DNA of 32,000 nucleotides from Patescibacteria group bacterium (GCA_041662745.1 JBAZRV010000001.1:60001-92000), one strand, 5' to 3'; counted from the stretch's first letter, positions 14,751 to 22,693 are shown. Program-made: numbers and translations. The notes: generated by a model from the letters alone, not told the origin.

Positions 14751-14975
14751 CTGCTGATTTTACTTAAATTAGGCAAAAGACGAATTTAGTCGTAAATAAC
14801 GGGCAAACAGTAAAAAGACGGATAACCCGCCTAAAAATTGTTTTATTTCATTTTTTTCGCCCGCTTAAAATACGAGGTTTTCACAAAAGTATTAACAAAA
14901 TTAGATAAAATTCGTCTTCTTCCAAGTCAGCATGATTCCACCCGAACGCTTAATTCTTATTAATTATCTGATACT

Positions 14976-15004
14976 ATTCTATCACAAAAACAGTTGCGGG
15001 TCAA
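14976..15004 (-). promoter_or_regulatory. sigma70-type promoter (TTGACC-17-TAGAAT) giving a ~250-nt rny leader
   Basis: Minus strand: TTGACC at 14999-15004, 17-nt spacer, TAGAAT at 14976-14981. It lies 32 nt downstream of the clpP stop. Confidence 0.55.
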
Positions 15005-15035
15005 TCCGGCTGTTTTTCCTGGGTTTTTGCAATAA

Positions 15036-15614
15036 TTATTGCTTTATCACCTTATCAATCAGGCCGTATTCCAAAGCCTCTTCGGGTGACATATAATAGT
15101 CGCGATCAGTGTCCTTCTCAATCTGCGACAGCGACCGATTGGTATGTTTAGTTAAAATATTGTCCAATTTGCTTTTAATTTTGAGGATATGTTCGGCACG
15201 AATCTTGATGTCGGTTGCCTGCCCCTCGGCTCCGCCCATTATCTGATGAATCATGATCTCGGCATTGGGCAAGGCCAAACGCTTGCCTGTGGTGCCGCCG
15301 GCCAAAATCATCGCGGCCATGGAAGCGGCGGTGCCGACGCAAATAGTGGAAACATCGGCTTGGACGTGCTGCATGGTGTCATAGATCGCCAAACCGGCAG
15401 AAACCGAACCGCCGGGAGAATTGATGTACAGTTTAATGTCAGAATTACTGTCTTCATTATCCAAAAACAATAATTGGGCGATAACCGTATTGGCGAAAGC
15501 GTCATCAATGGGCGCGCCCAAAAAAATAATCCTGTCTTTAAGCAGGCGGGAATAAATATCATAAGCCCGTTCGCCTAAAGACGTTTTTTCTATCACTGTG
15601 GGAATAAGATACAT
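15036..15614 (-). CDS. clpP: ATP-dependent Clp protease proteolytic subunit
   Basis: 192 aa with the canonical ClpP sequence ([27 protein letters not shown]). The catalytic Ser sits in GTAASMAA, the His in IMIHQ and the Asp in DTDRD. Confidence 0.95.
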   Translation of the reverse strand: MYLIPTVIEKTSLGERAYDIYSRLLKDRIIFLGAPIDDAFANTVIAQLLFLDNEDSNSDIKLYINSPGGSVSAGLAIYDTMQHVQADVSTICVGTAASMAAMILAGGTTGKRLALPNAEIMIHQIMGGAEGQATDIKIRAEHILKIKSKLDNILTKHTNRSLSQIEKDTDRDYYMSPEEALEYGLIDKVIKQ

Positions 15615-15660
15615 AAAATCAGTTTATAAAATTATCAGACCCGAAAGCCTTTGGCTATCC

Positions 15661-16611
15661 TCATAGTATCACCAATTCGCCGTTTTTTTCAACCACCTGC
15701 CAGGGCGCGGTAAACCCGGCCGCTTTCTTGTGGCCGCCGCCGCCGAACAAGCGGCAAAAAGCGGCCAAATCAACATCATCGCGCTTGGTGCGCCAACTGG
15801 CCTTAACTTGTCCGGTCGACAAACGAAAAACGGCCGTAGCGGAAACATCGGTAATTACGTTTAAAAAATTAGACAGCCCCTCCACTTCCTCTTCTTGGAT
15901 CTGGTACAAACGCAAATCATTATCCTTAATATAAGTAAAAGCCACGCCCAATTCTTGATTGATTTTTAAACGCGACAAGGCCTCGCCCCATAAGCGCAGA
16001 CCGCCGATAGTCTTATTCTGTATGGCGAAAGAAAACAATTGATTGATCTTGACGCCGTATTTAATTAGTTCCGAAGCAATTATCACCGCCTCTGAGTTGG
16101 TGGCGGAATTGACAAAGCCGGAAGTATCGCTGATGATGCCGGACAATAAGCAAGTGGCGCTGCGGCGATCCAAACGAAAACCGATTGTCTTAAAAAACTT
16201 ATAAATTATTTCGCAAGCCGAGCTGGCCGAAGCGTCAATGGCATTGATTGAGGCATAGCCGGAATTGGAGGCGTGGTGATCAAATGCCACCGTTGTCATT
16301 CCGGCTAAATCATCGCCGGTCATCCTGGCCATAGCCAAATCGGCGCAATCCAAAAACACAACCAAATCCCACTGGCGCTTGAGAACCTCCCGATCATTGA
16401 TTAATCCGTCTATTTTAGGCAAGTAACTAAGGGAGCTTGGCGCCGGATCCGGCGTATATAAAACATAATCCTTACCCAAGGATTCCAAATATAAACCCAG
16501 ACTCAATACCGACCCCAAAGTATCCTGGTCGGGACGCTGATGGCCGACTAAAAGTATCCTGTCAGCCTGCAGAATCAAGCGATCAATTTGTTTAAAGGCT
16601 CCGTCTAACAT
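15661..16611 (-). CDS. DHH/DHHA1 phosphoesterase (NrnA-like oligoribonuclease/pAp phosphatase)
   Basis: 316 aa with motifs HQRPDQDTLGS, FDHH and the DHHA1-type GGGGHKKAAGF. Confidence 0.85.
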   Translation of the reverse strand: MLDGAFKQIDRLILQADRILLVGHQRPDQDTLGSVLSLGLYLESLGKDYVLYTPDPAPSSLSYLPKIDGLINDREVLKRQWDLVVFLDCADLAMARMTGDDLAGMTTVAFDHHASNSGYASINAIDASASSACEIIYKFFKTIGFRLDRRSATCLLSGIISDTSGFVNSATNSEAVIIASELIKYGVKINQLFSFAIQNKTIGGLRLWGEALSRLKINQELGVAFTYIKDNDLRLYQIQEEEVEGLSNFLNVITDVSATAVFRLSTGQVKASWRTKRDDVDLAAFCRLFGGGGHKKAAGFTAPWQVVEKNGELVIL

Positions 16612-16640
16612 AATAAAGTCAATTGCTTATCTTAACGGAA

Positions 16641-16669
16641 TTAGCGGTTCTTGTCAAATGTGGTATAAT
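16641..16669 (+). promoter_or_regulatory. extended -10 promoter (TTAGCG-17-TGgTATAAT)
   Basis: TATAAT at 16664-16669 with TG at 16661-16662. The -35 is weak. It lies about 60 nt upstream of the ATG at 16733. Confidence 0.5.
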
Positions 16670-16732
16670 TAATGGCGTATAGCCGGCGGCGAGCAGGAAG
16701 CGGCTGAATATAAAATCAAGCTTATAAACCAT

Positions 16733-17785
16733 ATGAATTTAGACAATTTGAAGGCTATCAGATCGCTGGATAAAAGCCAAGTCGCCGAATCCATCGCCAA
16801 TCTGCCCAAACAACTGGCTCTGACTTGGCAAACGGGAAAGAAATTCAAACTGCCAGCCGGCCATTTAAAAGCTAAAGCCATCGTGTTCTGCGGCATGGGC
16901 GGCTCAAATTTAGCCTCGGAAATGTTGCGGGGAATTTTTCCTTTTCGGATGCCTTTTATTTTGGTCCGCAACTATAATCTGCCGGCTTTTGTGAACAAAG
17001 ACACCTTGGTTGTTATAGACAGTTACTCCGGAAACACGGAAGAGGCGATCTCTTGCCTGAAAATAGCAATCAAAATAAAAGCCAAGATAGCAGTCATCAC
17101 TTCCGGCGGCGAACTATTGGCTTTAGCCAAAAAACACCGCCTGCCCTGTTTATTATTGGATCCCAAGCTGAATCCCTCGCGCCAACCGCGTTATGACGTC
17201 GGTTCGCAGTTGGGCGCCGCCCTGACAATTTTAAAAAACTTTACCGCCATTAAAGCTGAGGTGGATCCGGCCGCCGCCTTTCTAACCAAATTGGGCCAAA
17301 CCCTGATGCCGCTGATTCCGGCCAAAAATAATCCGGCGAAAAATTTAGCTCAGCGATTATTCGGCAAGCAAATCCTAATCTTCGGCGCTGAACACTTAGC
17401 GCCTAACGCCCATATTTTAGCCAATCAATTAAATGAAAGCGCCAAGCAGTTAGCTCATCCCTACGCCATTCCCGAACTTAACCATCATTTCTTAGAGGCA
17501 CTGGCTTTGCCCAAATCAATCACCAAAAACACCGTTGTCTTATTATTGTCTTCCGCCGCTTATGCCCCCCGGATCAGCAAAAGAATGGCAGTCACAAAAA
17601 AAGTTCTGGACAAACTGAAAATAAAATATCTGACGCTTGAATCAGCGACTGAAGACAAATGGCTGTCAGCCCTGGAAATACTGGCTCAGGGTAGTTGGCT
17701 TAGTTTTTATCTGGCCATGTTAAACAACATCAATCCGGCGCAAATACCCTGGGTGGATTTCTTTAAAAAAGAACTGAATAAATAA
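16733..17785 (+). CDS. SIS-domain sugar-phosphate isomerase (bifunctional phosphoglucose/phosphomannose isomerase-like)
   Basis: 350 aa. SIS nucleotide/sugar-phosphate binding loop CGMGGSNLASE and a second SIS half (DSYSGNTEE). The size and layout resemble archaeal-type PGI/PMI. Confidence 0.65.
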   Translation: MNLDNLKAIRSLDKSQVAESIANLPKQLALTWQTGKKFKLPAGHLKAKAIVFCGMGGSNLASEMLRGIFPFRMPFILVRNYNLPAFVNKDTLVVIDSYSGNTEEAISCLKIAIKIKAKIAVITSGGELLALAKKHRLPCLLLDPKLNPSRQPRYDVGSQLGAALTILKNFTAIKAEVDPAAAFLTKLGQTLMPLIPAKNNPAKNLAQRLFGKQILIFGAEHLAPNAHILANQLNESAKQLAHPYAIPELNHHFLEALALPKSITKNTVVLLLSSAAYAPRISKRMAVTKKVLDKLKIKYLTLESATEDKWLSALEILAQGSWLSFYLAMLNNINPAQIPWVDFFKKELNK

Positions 17786-17824
17786 TCCGGCCGGCGGCAA
17801 CTAACGGCTCGCAAATAAAAATAA

Positions 17825-17855
17825 AACCGATTCGGCTGACCGAGTCGGTTTTATA
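17825..17855. terminator. hairpin terminator between convergent genes
   Basis: Arms aaccgattcgg (17825-17835) and ccgagtcggtt (17840-17850) form an 11-bp stem with one G.U. It is flanked by T-rich (plus) and A-rich (upstream) tracts. Confidence 0.65.
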
Positions 17856-17894
17856 AATTGAGATTTATATCCTGATTGGCAAAGCTTGCTCTAA

Positions 17895-17961
17895 ATGTTT
17901 TCTAGCTGCGCTAAAACGAAATTAGTTGATGTTTTCCAGCTGCGCTAAAACGAAATTAGTT
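17895..17961. repeat. 33-nt tandem duplication (period 34, 1 mismatch) of the 3' end of the first pilin-like gene
   Basis: atgttttctagctgcgctaaaacgaaattagtt (17895-17927) and atgttttccagctgcgctaaaacgaaattagtt (17929-17961). The upstream copy encodes ...NFVLAQLENI, and the downstream copy supplies the final N codon, the stop and the 3' UTR. Confidence 0.9.
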
Positions 17962-18302
17962 ATGGCATAAGCGGCAAAAATAATAACTAAACCGATAACG
18001 GCATTATAGATCATCTTCTTGGCTTTTTCCACCTTCTTTTCGTCACCCTGAGCAGTCATCCACCAGAAGCCGGCATAAATAACGATCAAGACCAGAATCA
18101 CTCCCAAAACTCCCAAGACAATGCCAATGGCTGTTCCAATCATTGGCATCAAATCACCACTGCCCAATTGGCTCTCTAATCCGGTTTCATCAAGAAAAGT
18201 TCCGAATTCAACGGCGCGAACAAGCAAAGGCGCAGATAAAGCCATTACAGACAAAGCCAACGCCAGACCTTGCTTGCCGATTTTTTTAATCATTTTTTTC
18301 AT
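17922..18302 (-). CDS. secreted two-TM pilin-like protein (TrbC/VirB2-type T4SS pilin-like), paralog a
   Basis: Start taken at MKKMIKK (18302), because the 66-codon upstream extension overlaps the neighbouring gene. Signal peptide ...LLVRAVE. Conserved core WWMTAQGDEKKVEKAKKMIYNAVIGLVIIFAAYAI is shared with the four neighbours. Confidence 0.75.
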   Translation of the reverse strand: MKKMIKKIGKQGLALALSVMALSAPLLVRAVEFGTFLDETGLESQLGSGDLMPMIGTAIGIVLGVLGVILVLIVIYAGFWWMTAQGDEKKVEKAKKMIYNAVIGLVIIFAAYAITNFVLAQLENIN

Positions 18303-18348
18303 AATTTTTATTTTAGTTATTTTAATGCTAATTTTTTGGGCTATACTC

Positions 18349-18798
18349 TCAATCAGCAGGGTCATCCGGATTAGTCGGTAAACCTTTGAATTCCTGCGAA
18401 GTAACCGCCTGACTGCCGGAGCCGACCCGTTGCAATTGATCCAGAACAAAAGCGGTGATCGCCCAAGCGCCGGCCACGATAGCCAAACCGATAACGGCAT
18501 TATAAATCATTTTCTTGGCTTCATCCACTTTCTTCTCATTGCCCTGCGCCGTCATCCAAGTAAAGCCGGCATAAATCAGCAGTAAAATCAATAAAATGCC
18601 CAAGACACCCAAAACCGCCTTCACTATTCCGCCGACAATAACCGGCAAACTGCCCTGGCCTATGCCCTGTAACCCAGTTTGCTGGCCCACTGCGCCCAGA
18701 TTGGTCAAACCCTCCTTAACCTGCGCCTTTGCCGGGGCGAGAGCAAAAGCAAAAGCGACAAACAGAATAAAAATTGAAATTATAAGTGTTTTTTTCAT
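18349..18798 (-). CDS. secreted two-TM pilin-like protein, paralog b
   Basis: 149 aa. Signal peptide (FALAPAKAQV), core TWMTAQGNEKKVDEAKKMIYNAVIGLAIVAGAWAI and a polar C-terminal tail. Confidence 0.75.
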   Translation of the reverse strand: MKKTLIISIFILFVAFAFALAPAKAQVKEGLTNLGAVGQQTGLQGIGQGSLPVIVGGIVKAVLGVLGILLILLLIYAGFTWMTAQGNEKKVDEAKKMIYNAVIGLAIVAGAWAITAFVLDQLQRVGSGSQAVTSQEFKGLPTNPDDPAD

Positions 18799-18820
18799 AA
18801 GAGGATAAGAGGATAAGAGG
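18797..18820. repeat. 8-bp x3 perfect tandem repeat (ataagagg) abutting and overlapping the start codon of paralog b
   Basis: Plus strand: ataagagg x3 at 18797-18820. On the mRNA strand this reads CCUCUUAU x3, with the last AU plus G forming the AUG. Confidence 0.9.
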
Positions 18821-18887
18821 AAATTAGCAGATCACAAAATATTTTATCATCTCCTAATCTCCCCCTAAGGGGAGAAAATAATCTTGA

Positions 18888-19286
18888 CTAAGCTCCGGTA
18901 CTGCCGACAATCGCTCGCAAATTGCTCATGACGAACATGGCAATGGCATAAGCGGCAAAAATAATGACTAAGCCGATGATACCGGCATAAATCATTTTCT
19001 TGGCCTTGTCAACCTTATCTTGTTCACCGCCGGCAGTCATCCAGATGAAACCGCCGTAAAGGATGATCAAAACCGCGATAACGCCCAAAAAGCCCATGGC
19101 TACGTTCAGGATTCCGCCAATAATACTATTGAGGTTTCCTTGTTCAATCCCGGCCGTGCTGGCTATAAGATCTAAATCAATGTTTTGCACATCATCCTGC
19201 GCGCTGACCAAAACCGGCAAAGCGAACATGGACATCGCCACGACAATCAACATGGAAGCCAATAATTTCTTTAAAGTTTTTTTCAT
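18888..19286 (-). CDS. secreted two-TM pilin-like protein, paralog c
   Basis: 132 aa. Signal peptide (LPVLVSAQD) and core IWMTAGGEQDKVDKAKKMIYAGIIGLVIIFAAYAI. Strong RBS GGGAGGUGA 6 nt upstream of the ATG. Confidence 0.8.
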   Translation of the reverse strand: MKKTLKKLLASMLIVVAMSMFALPVLVSAQDDVQNIDLDLIASTAGIEQGNLNSIIGGILNVAMGFLGVIAVLIILYGGFIWMTAGGEQDKVDKAKKMIYAGIIGLVIIFAAYAIAMFVMSNLRAIVGSTGA

Positions 19287-19431
19287 TCTTTGTCACCTCC
19301 CTTCCGTGCTTGCAATCGTCAGATTTTTAATTGTGATCGCAGCTGCGACATCGCAATACCTTACCCGACAGAAGCAAAATTTAAATTATTATTTTAGAGC
19401 ACTGTTTTTTATCGGATGATCCCCTTGCTCT

Positions 19432-19773
19432 TTAGCCGGCGGCGGGAACCAAGATGCTGAACACGAAAGTCACGACAGCATAAGAAGAGAAAATAACCAA
19501 TAACCCCGCAACAGCCCAAATCATGACGGTCTTGCCTTTTTTGATATTATCGGCGCTAATGCCGGCAGTCATCCATAGTATGCCGCCATAAATAAAAGAC
19601 AGGAGAGCGGCGATGCCGACAAGGCCTAAAAGCGCATTAATCAGCCGAGCGGCCAGAGCGGGAATCGGTTCGTCTGGCAACTTCAACGGATCAATCAATT
19701 GGACCGCTGAAACTGAAAGCGGCAAAATGATAAGAAGCAACGAGCACAATATTGTCTTAAAAAAATTTTTCAT
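19432..19773 (-). CDS. secreted two-TM pilin-like protein, paralog d
   Basis: 113 aa. Signal peptide (LPLSVSAVQ) and core LWMTAGISADNIKKGKTVMIWAVAGLLVIFSSYAV. Only 10 nt separate it from the stop of paralog e. Confidence 0.7.
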   Translation of the reverse strand: MKNFFKTILCSLLLIILPLSVSAVQLIDPLKLPDEPIPALAARLINALLGLVGIAALLSFIYGGILWMTAGISADNIKKGKTVMIWAVAGLLVIFSSYAVVTFVFSILVPAAG

Positions 19774-19783
19774 AAAATTTTCA

Positions 19784-20206
19784 CTAAACGCAAGTAGTTC
19801 CGAAGGAACTGCCGACCAAGGAAGTAAATAAAAAGTTTACCATGGTAAAAGCGGCTAAAATTATAACTAAAGCGATAACCGTATTAACCATCAAGCTTTT
19901 GCCTTTCTTGATTTTATTCTGATCGCCGAAAGATAACAGCCAAAACCAAGTACCGCCATAAATAAACAACAGCAAGGCGACAATGCCGGAAAAAGACAGG
20001 ATCATATTAGTGCCGGTAATGCCAACCTGAAGCAAATCGCAAAGACCGCAAACGCCGTTACAAAAACATTGATCGCTGATATCTTTGAGTAAATAGGAAG
20101 ACGGGCCAGTGGTCGGCTTGGCCGTACAGGCGGCCAAAACTGCCGGAGTATTCAACGCCAGCAACACCAATAAAACACTCAATATTTTCAGTCCCTTTCT
20201 AAACAT
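19784..20206 (-). CDS. divergent Cys-rich pilin-like protein, paralog e (possible lipoprotein)
   Basis: 140 aa. Lipobox-like VLAAC after the signal peptide, 7 Cys (CFCNGVCGLC), and a core FGDQNKIKKGKSLMVNTVIALVIILAAF homologous to the neighbours. Confidence 0.65.
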   Translation of the reverse strand: MFRKGLKILSVLLVLLALNTPAVLAACTAKPTTGPSSYLLKDISDQCFCNGVCGLCDLLQVGITGTNMILSFSGIVALLLFIYGGTWFWLLSFGDQNKIKKGKSLMVNTVIALVIILAAFTMVNFLFTSLVGSSFGTTCV

Positions 20207-20212
20207 AAGCGT

Positions 20213-20221
20213 ATTATAGCA
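20213..20221 (-). promoter_or_regulatory. extended -10 element (TGcTATAAT) positioned for a leaderless transcript of paralog e
   Basis: Minus strand: TGC at 20219-20221, TATAAT at 20213-20218, then 6 nt (acgctt) to the ATG at 20206. There is no SD. Confidence 0.55.
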
Positions 20222-20242
20222 AAAATATGATAATTACAAAAG

Positions 20243-21661
20243 CTAATATTGCTGGGTTACTGTCTGGTTAATCTTATCCACGGCTACGCCGATAACCTTG
20301 GATAATTCCTGCCGGGGATCGGACATCCTGAGATACTGCTCAATCATTTCTATCATAGCCTGCTTGGCCGCATCAAAATTCTTGCCCTTGTACCAACTGA
20401 AAGCCGAAGGCGCCTGATAGGCCGAGGGATACAAATCCTCGTTATCCAATTGGCTGTCGCGCAAATCGCGCAAAGCGGTCGGCTTGACCGTTTTGGCCAA
20501 AAACTTTTTTATTTCCGGATAACTCTTATTGGTTCCGGCGTCATTGATAAACAACAAGAAATCCCACGACTCATTGGGGTGCGTTGATGATTTGGTAACG
20601 GTTTCCACCCAATAATCAGCATAATTCTTGCTGGGATTGCCGGCAATCTGAGGAATTGGCGCCACGCCGAAATTAACCCGCGACTGCGCCCGCACCTGAG
20701 GGATGTTAAAGTTATAACCGAAGAAAAAAGCCACCTTGCCCTGAGTAAAAGCGTCAAAAGAATTGGGCAGGGAAGCGTCCCAGGAATAAACTCGTTTGCC
20801 CACGGTGGCAAAATCGGTATAAAACTGCAAAGCGGTCTGGCCGGGGTTGACCGTCTTGTAACCGCCGCTGCCGTCTGCTTGTTGGATAGTCTTAAAAAAA
20901 GTAACATAACCATTGCCATCAGCCATTGTCGCTCCGGCCTGCATCATTAAAACGGACAAAATATCAAAGGCGTAATTGACATTGTAACCCATGCCTAAGG
21001 CCGCTCCGGCCACCAAAATCTTCTGGGTATCGGAAACTTTGGTGATCTTTTCTACGGCATCCTGAAACGCCGACCAATCAGTGGGAATTTGAGCAACACT
21101 GTTCTGATTCAATAAATCCTTGTTATAAAACATGATCAGCGACTCCAGACTAAGCGGCAGACCGTAAATCTTATTATCCATAATTACATCATTGCTGACG
21201 GTATCAAAAAATAAAGCCTTCATTTCCCGGACGGTGGGCGAAATTTTTGTTCTTAACTCAACAACCTGTTCTTTCTGGATCGTGCCCTTTTCTATAATGT
21301 AACCCATTTGGTATTTGGCTGGCAAAGGTGAGATTTTATTCTTATACTTGGGCAGCCAAGTAACAGGAATGGAGAAGATATCCGGTCCGCGGTCTTCGGC
21401 TAAGGCGTTAAGCAAATAGCTCTCATATTCCTCCATGCGGAACTTGCGGTAATTGATGGTGATATTGGGATGTTGGACTTGGTAATCTTTGATAACAGCG
21501 TCAAAGGCGTCAGAATCATCCCAAACGCGCCAATAATTCAAAGTAATCGGCTTAACAGCTTCTTGTTCGGCGGAGCTGAGAAGCTTGCAACCGAAGCCGG
21601 CAGTAGCCAACACTAACGCTAATGTAGCTAAAGCAAGGAGATAAATTTTTTTATTGGTCAT
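20243..21661 (-). CDS. ABC-transporter extracellular solute-binding protein (family 1, sugar-type), orphan
   Basis: 472 aa. Signal peptide ending ...AGFGC (lipobox-like) and a typical SBP-1 N-terminus (LNYWRVWDDSDAFDAVIKDYQVQHPNITINY). No permease or ATPase gene is adjacent. Confidence 0.85.
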   Translation of the reverse strand: MTNKKIYLLALATLALVLATAGFGCKLLSSAEQEAVKPITLNYWRVWDDSDAFDAVIKDYQVQHPNITINYRKFRMEEYESYLLNALAEDRGPDIFSIPVTWLPKYKNKISPLPAKYQMGYIIEKGTIQKEQVVELRTKISPTVREMKALFFDTVSNDVIMDNKIYGLPLSLESLIMFYNKDLLNQNSVAQIPTDWSAFQDAVEKITKVSDTQKILVAGAALGMGYNVNYAFDILSVLMMQAGATMADGNGYVTFFKTIQQADGSGGYKTVNPGQTALQFYTDFATVGKRVYSWDASLPNSFDAFTQGKVAFFFGYNFNIPQVRAQSRVNFGVAPIPQIAGNPSKNYADYWVETVTKSSTHPNESWDFLLFINDAGTNKSYPEIKKFLAKTVKPTALRDLRDSQLDNEDLYPSAYQAPSAFSWYKGKNFDAAKQAMIEMIEQYLRMSDPRQELSKVIGVAVDKINQTVTQQY

Positions 21662-21730
21662 AATATTATTCTTACTTATGATATTATAACATAAATACCT
21701 AAAAATATAAAAACAACTTACTATTTTTTA

Positions 21731-21771
21731 AAAAAAATCACCCCTCGGAATCCATGGCGGACTCCGAGGGG
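21731..21771 (-). terminator. rho-independent terminator of 21788..22453
   Basis: 9-bp stem cccctcgga (21741-21749) / tccgagggg (21763-21771), followed on the minus strand by U8 (plus-strand A-run 21731-21738). Confidence 0.8.
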
Positions 21772-21787
21772 CGGTGAAAGTTCTAAT

Positions 21788-22453
21788 CTAATTATTAGTA
21801 TCCTTGTGGTACTGCTCCAGCAAGGCCTGGAGATCGGTCTTCTGGCTCTTGCTCACCGAGTGGTGCAAGGGCCGAGTCGGGCGGGCGATGATTTCCGCCG
21901 CCCGAATGCTGACGTTCGCCGTTATTTGGGCGTTATCGGCGGCGTCTTGCGCGGTCTTGGCCTTCTTGTCGGCCGTATCAGCCAATGCGCCGACATCATC
22001 AATCGACTCCTCCATCAACTTGTCGTACTCCTTGACGATGGCGGGTTCAATGTCCCAGATGCCGTTGGTCAGCAACTTTTTGACTTCCTTCTCGGACTTC
22101 TGCCCGAGTTCGGAATCATCGCCTCCTCGCGCTTGGATTGCCTGCCACTTGGCAAACAACGGATCGTTCTCGGCCTGGACGCGCTTATCCAGACGAGATC
22201 TTACCTTGGCGACGCCGGACGCCAGCGCTTCATCGGCCACGGACTGACTTGCCGTCAAGGCAATCATGTCCGTTTTCAGCAAGGACACGTCCTTTCTCAC
22301 ATTGCCGATGACGGACGCGATAAGGAGTATCAAGACCAGGCAAATTAAGAACCCGGCCCAAACGACATGCGGAACGGCTGAAGCAGACTTATCACGACGC
22401 CGACCGCCGGACTGTTGGCTTACCTGTTGAGTGTCTTGGTCATTATCCGACAT
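21788..22453 (-). CDS. hypothetical single-pass membrane protein with a coiled-coil ectodomain (GC-rich orphan)
   Basis: 221 aa. Polar N-terminus, one TM (VVWAGFLICLVLILLIASVIG), then an A/K/D/E-rich helical region. RBS GAGGAGGAAG, a consensus promoter and a strong terminator. Confidence 0.7.
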   Translation of the reverse strand: MSDNDQDTQQVSQQSGGRRRDKSASAVPHVVWAGFLICLVLILLIASVIGNVRKDVSLLKTDMIALTASQSVADEALASGVAKVRSRLDKRVQAENDPLFAKWQAIQARGGDDSELGQKSEKEVKKLLTNGIWDIEPAIVKEYDKLMEESIDDVGALADTADKKAKTAQDAADNAQITANVSIRAAEIIARPTRPLHHSVSKSQKTDLQALLEQYHKDTNN

Positions 22454-22531
22454 GATTCTTCCTCCTCTTTCCTTGTTTTTTGGTGTTTATCTCATTGTAG
22501 GTGCTTTCGGCTCACATTGCCGAATCACTCC

Positions 22532-22560
22532 ATTATATCATACCTACACCATTTTGTCAA
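22532..22560 (-). promoter_or_regulatory. perfect-consensus sigma70 promoter (TTGACA-17-TATAAT) of 21788..22453
   Basis: Minus strand: TTGACA at 22555-22560, 17-nt spacer, TATAAT at 22532-22537. The upstream TGTGGATAAAtGGAT (plus-strand TTATCCACA at 22566-22574) is homologous to the paralog-B promoter. Confidence 0.75.
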
Positions 22561-22638
22561 TCCATTTATCCACAGATAATAGTTATTCATTTAAAATTAG
22601 CTAAAATTTGACACAATTAATGCCATTTTACGACTAAT

Positions 22639-22667
22639 TTAACGAATCAGCCAAAATATGGTATAAT
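22639..22667 (+). promoter_or_regulatory. extended -10 promoter (TTAACG-17-TGgTATAAT) of the 22694-26389 operon
   Basis: TATAAT at 22662-22667 with TG at 22659-22660. An additional TTGACA at 22608-22613 lacks a good -10. Confidence 0.5.
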
Positions 22668-22693
22668 TAACATCAGAAAATTAACCAAAATCT

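Noticed and set aside
14761-14800. A tmRNA-like tag region (GCAAAAGACGAAUUUAGUCGUAAAUAA) in the clpP-rny intergenic region.
   Set aside because: The putative tag (AKDEFSRK) lacks the usual hydrophobic ...LAA end. There is no tRNA-like acceptor or T-arm (no GGUUCGAAUCC / CCACCA) in the region.
18303-18500. A 66-codon N-terminal extension of the first pilin-like ORF. Similar upstream in-frame ATGs occur at 8463 (hup), 12508 (DUF2419-like) and 27509 (secreted Q-rich protein).
   Set aside because: The extensions overlap neighbouring genes or lack homology. The downstream starts give canonical N-termini: a signal peptide, MNKAEL for HU, or a GGAGG RBS.
21804-22348. Two long plus-strand ORFs (147 and 180 aa) overlapping the 221-aa minus-strand gene.
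   Set aside because: They are shadow ORFs of a GC-rich gene. They have no promoter or RBS, whereas the minus-strand frame has a consensus promoter, a GAGGAGG RBS, a TM segment and a strong terminator.
11278-22574. Two perfect DnaA boxes, considered as evidence for a replication origin.
   Set aside because: There are only two boxes, 11 kb apart, each embedded in homologous promoter sequence. There is no box cluster, AT-rich unwinding element, or dnaA/dnaN nearby.
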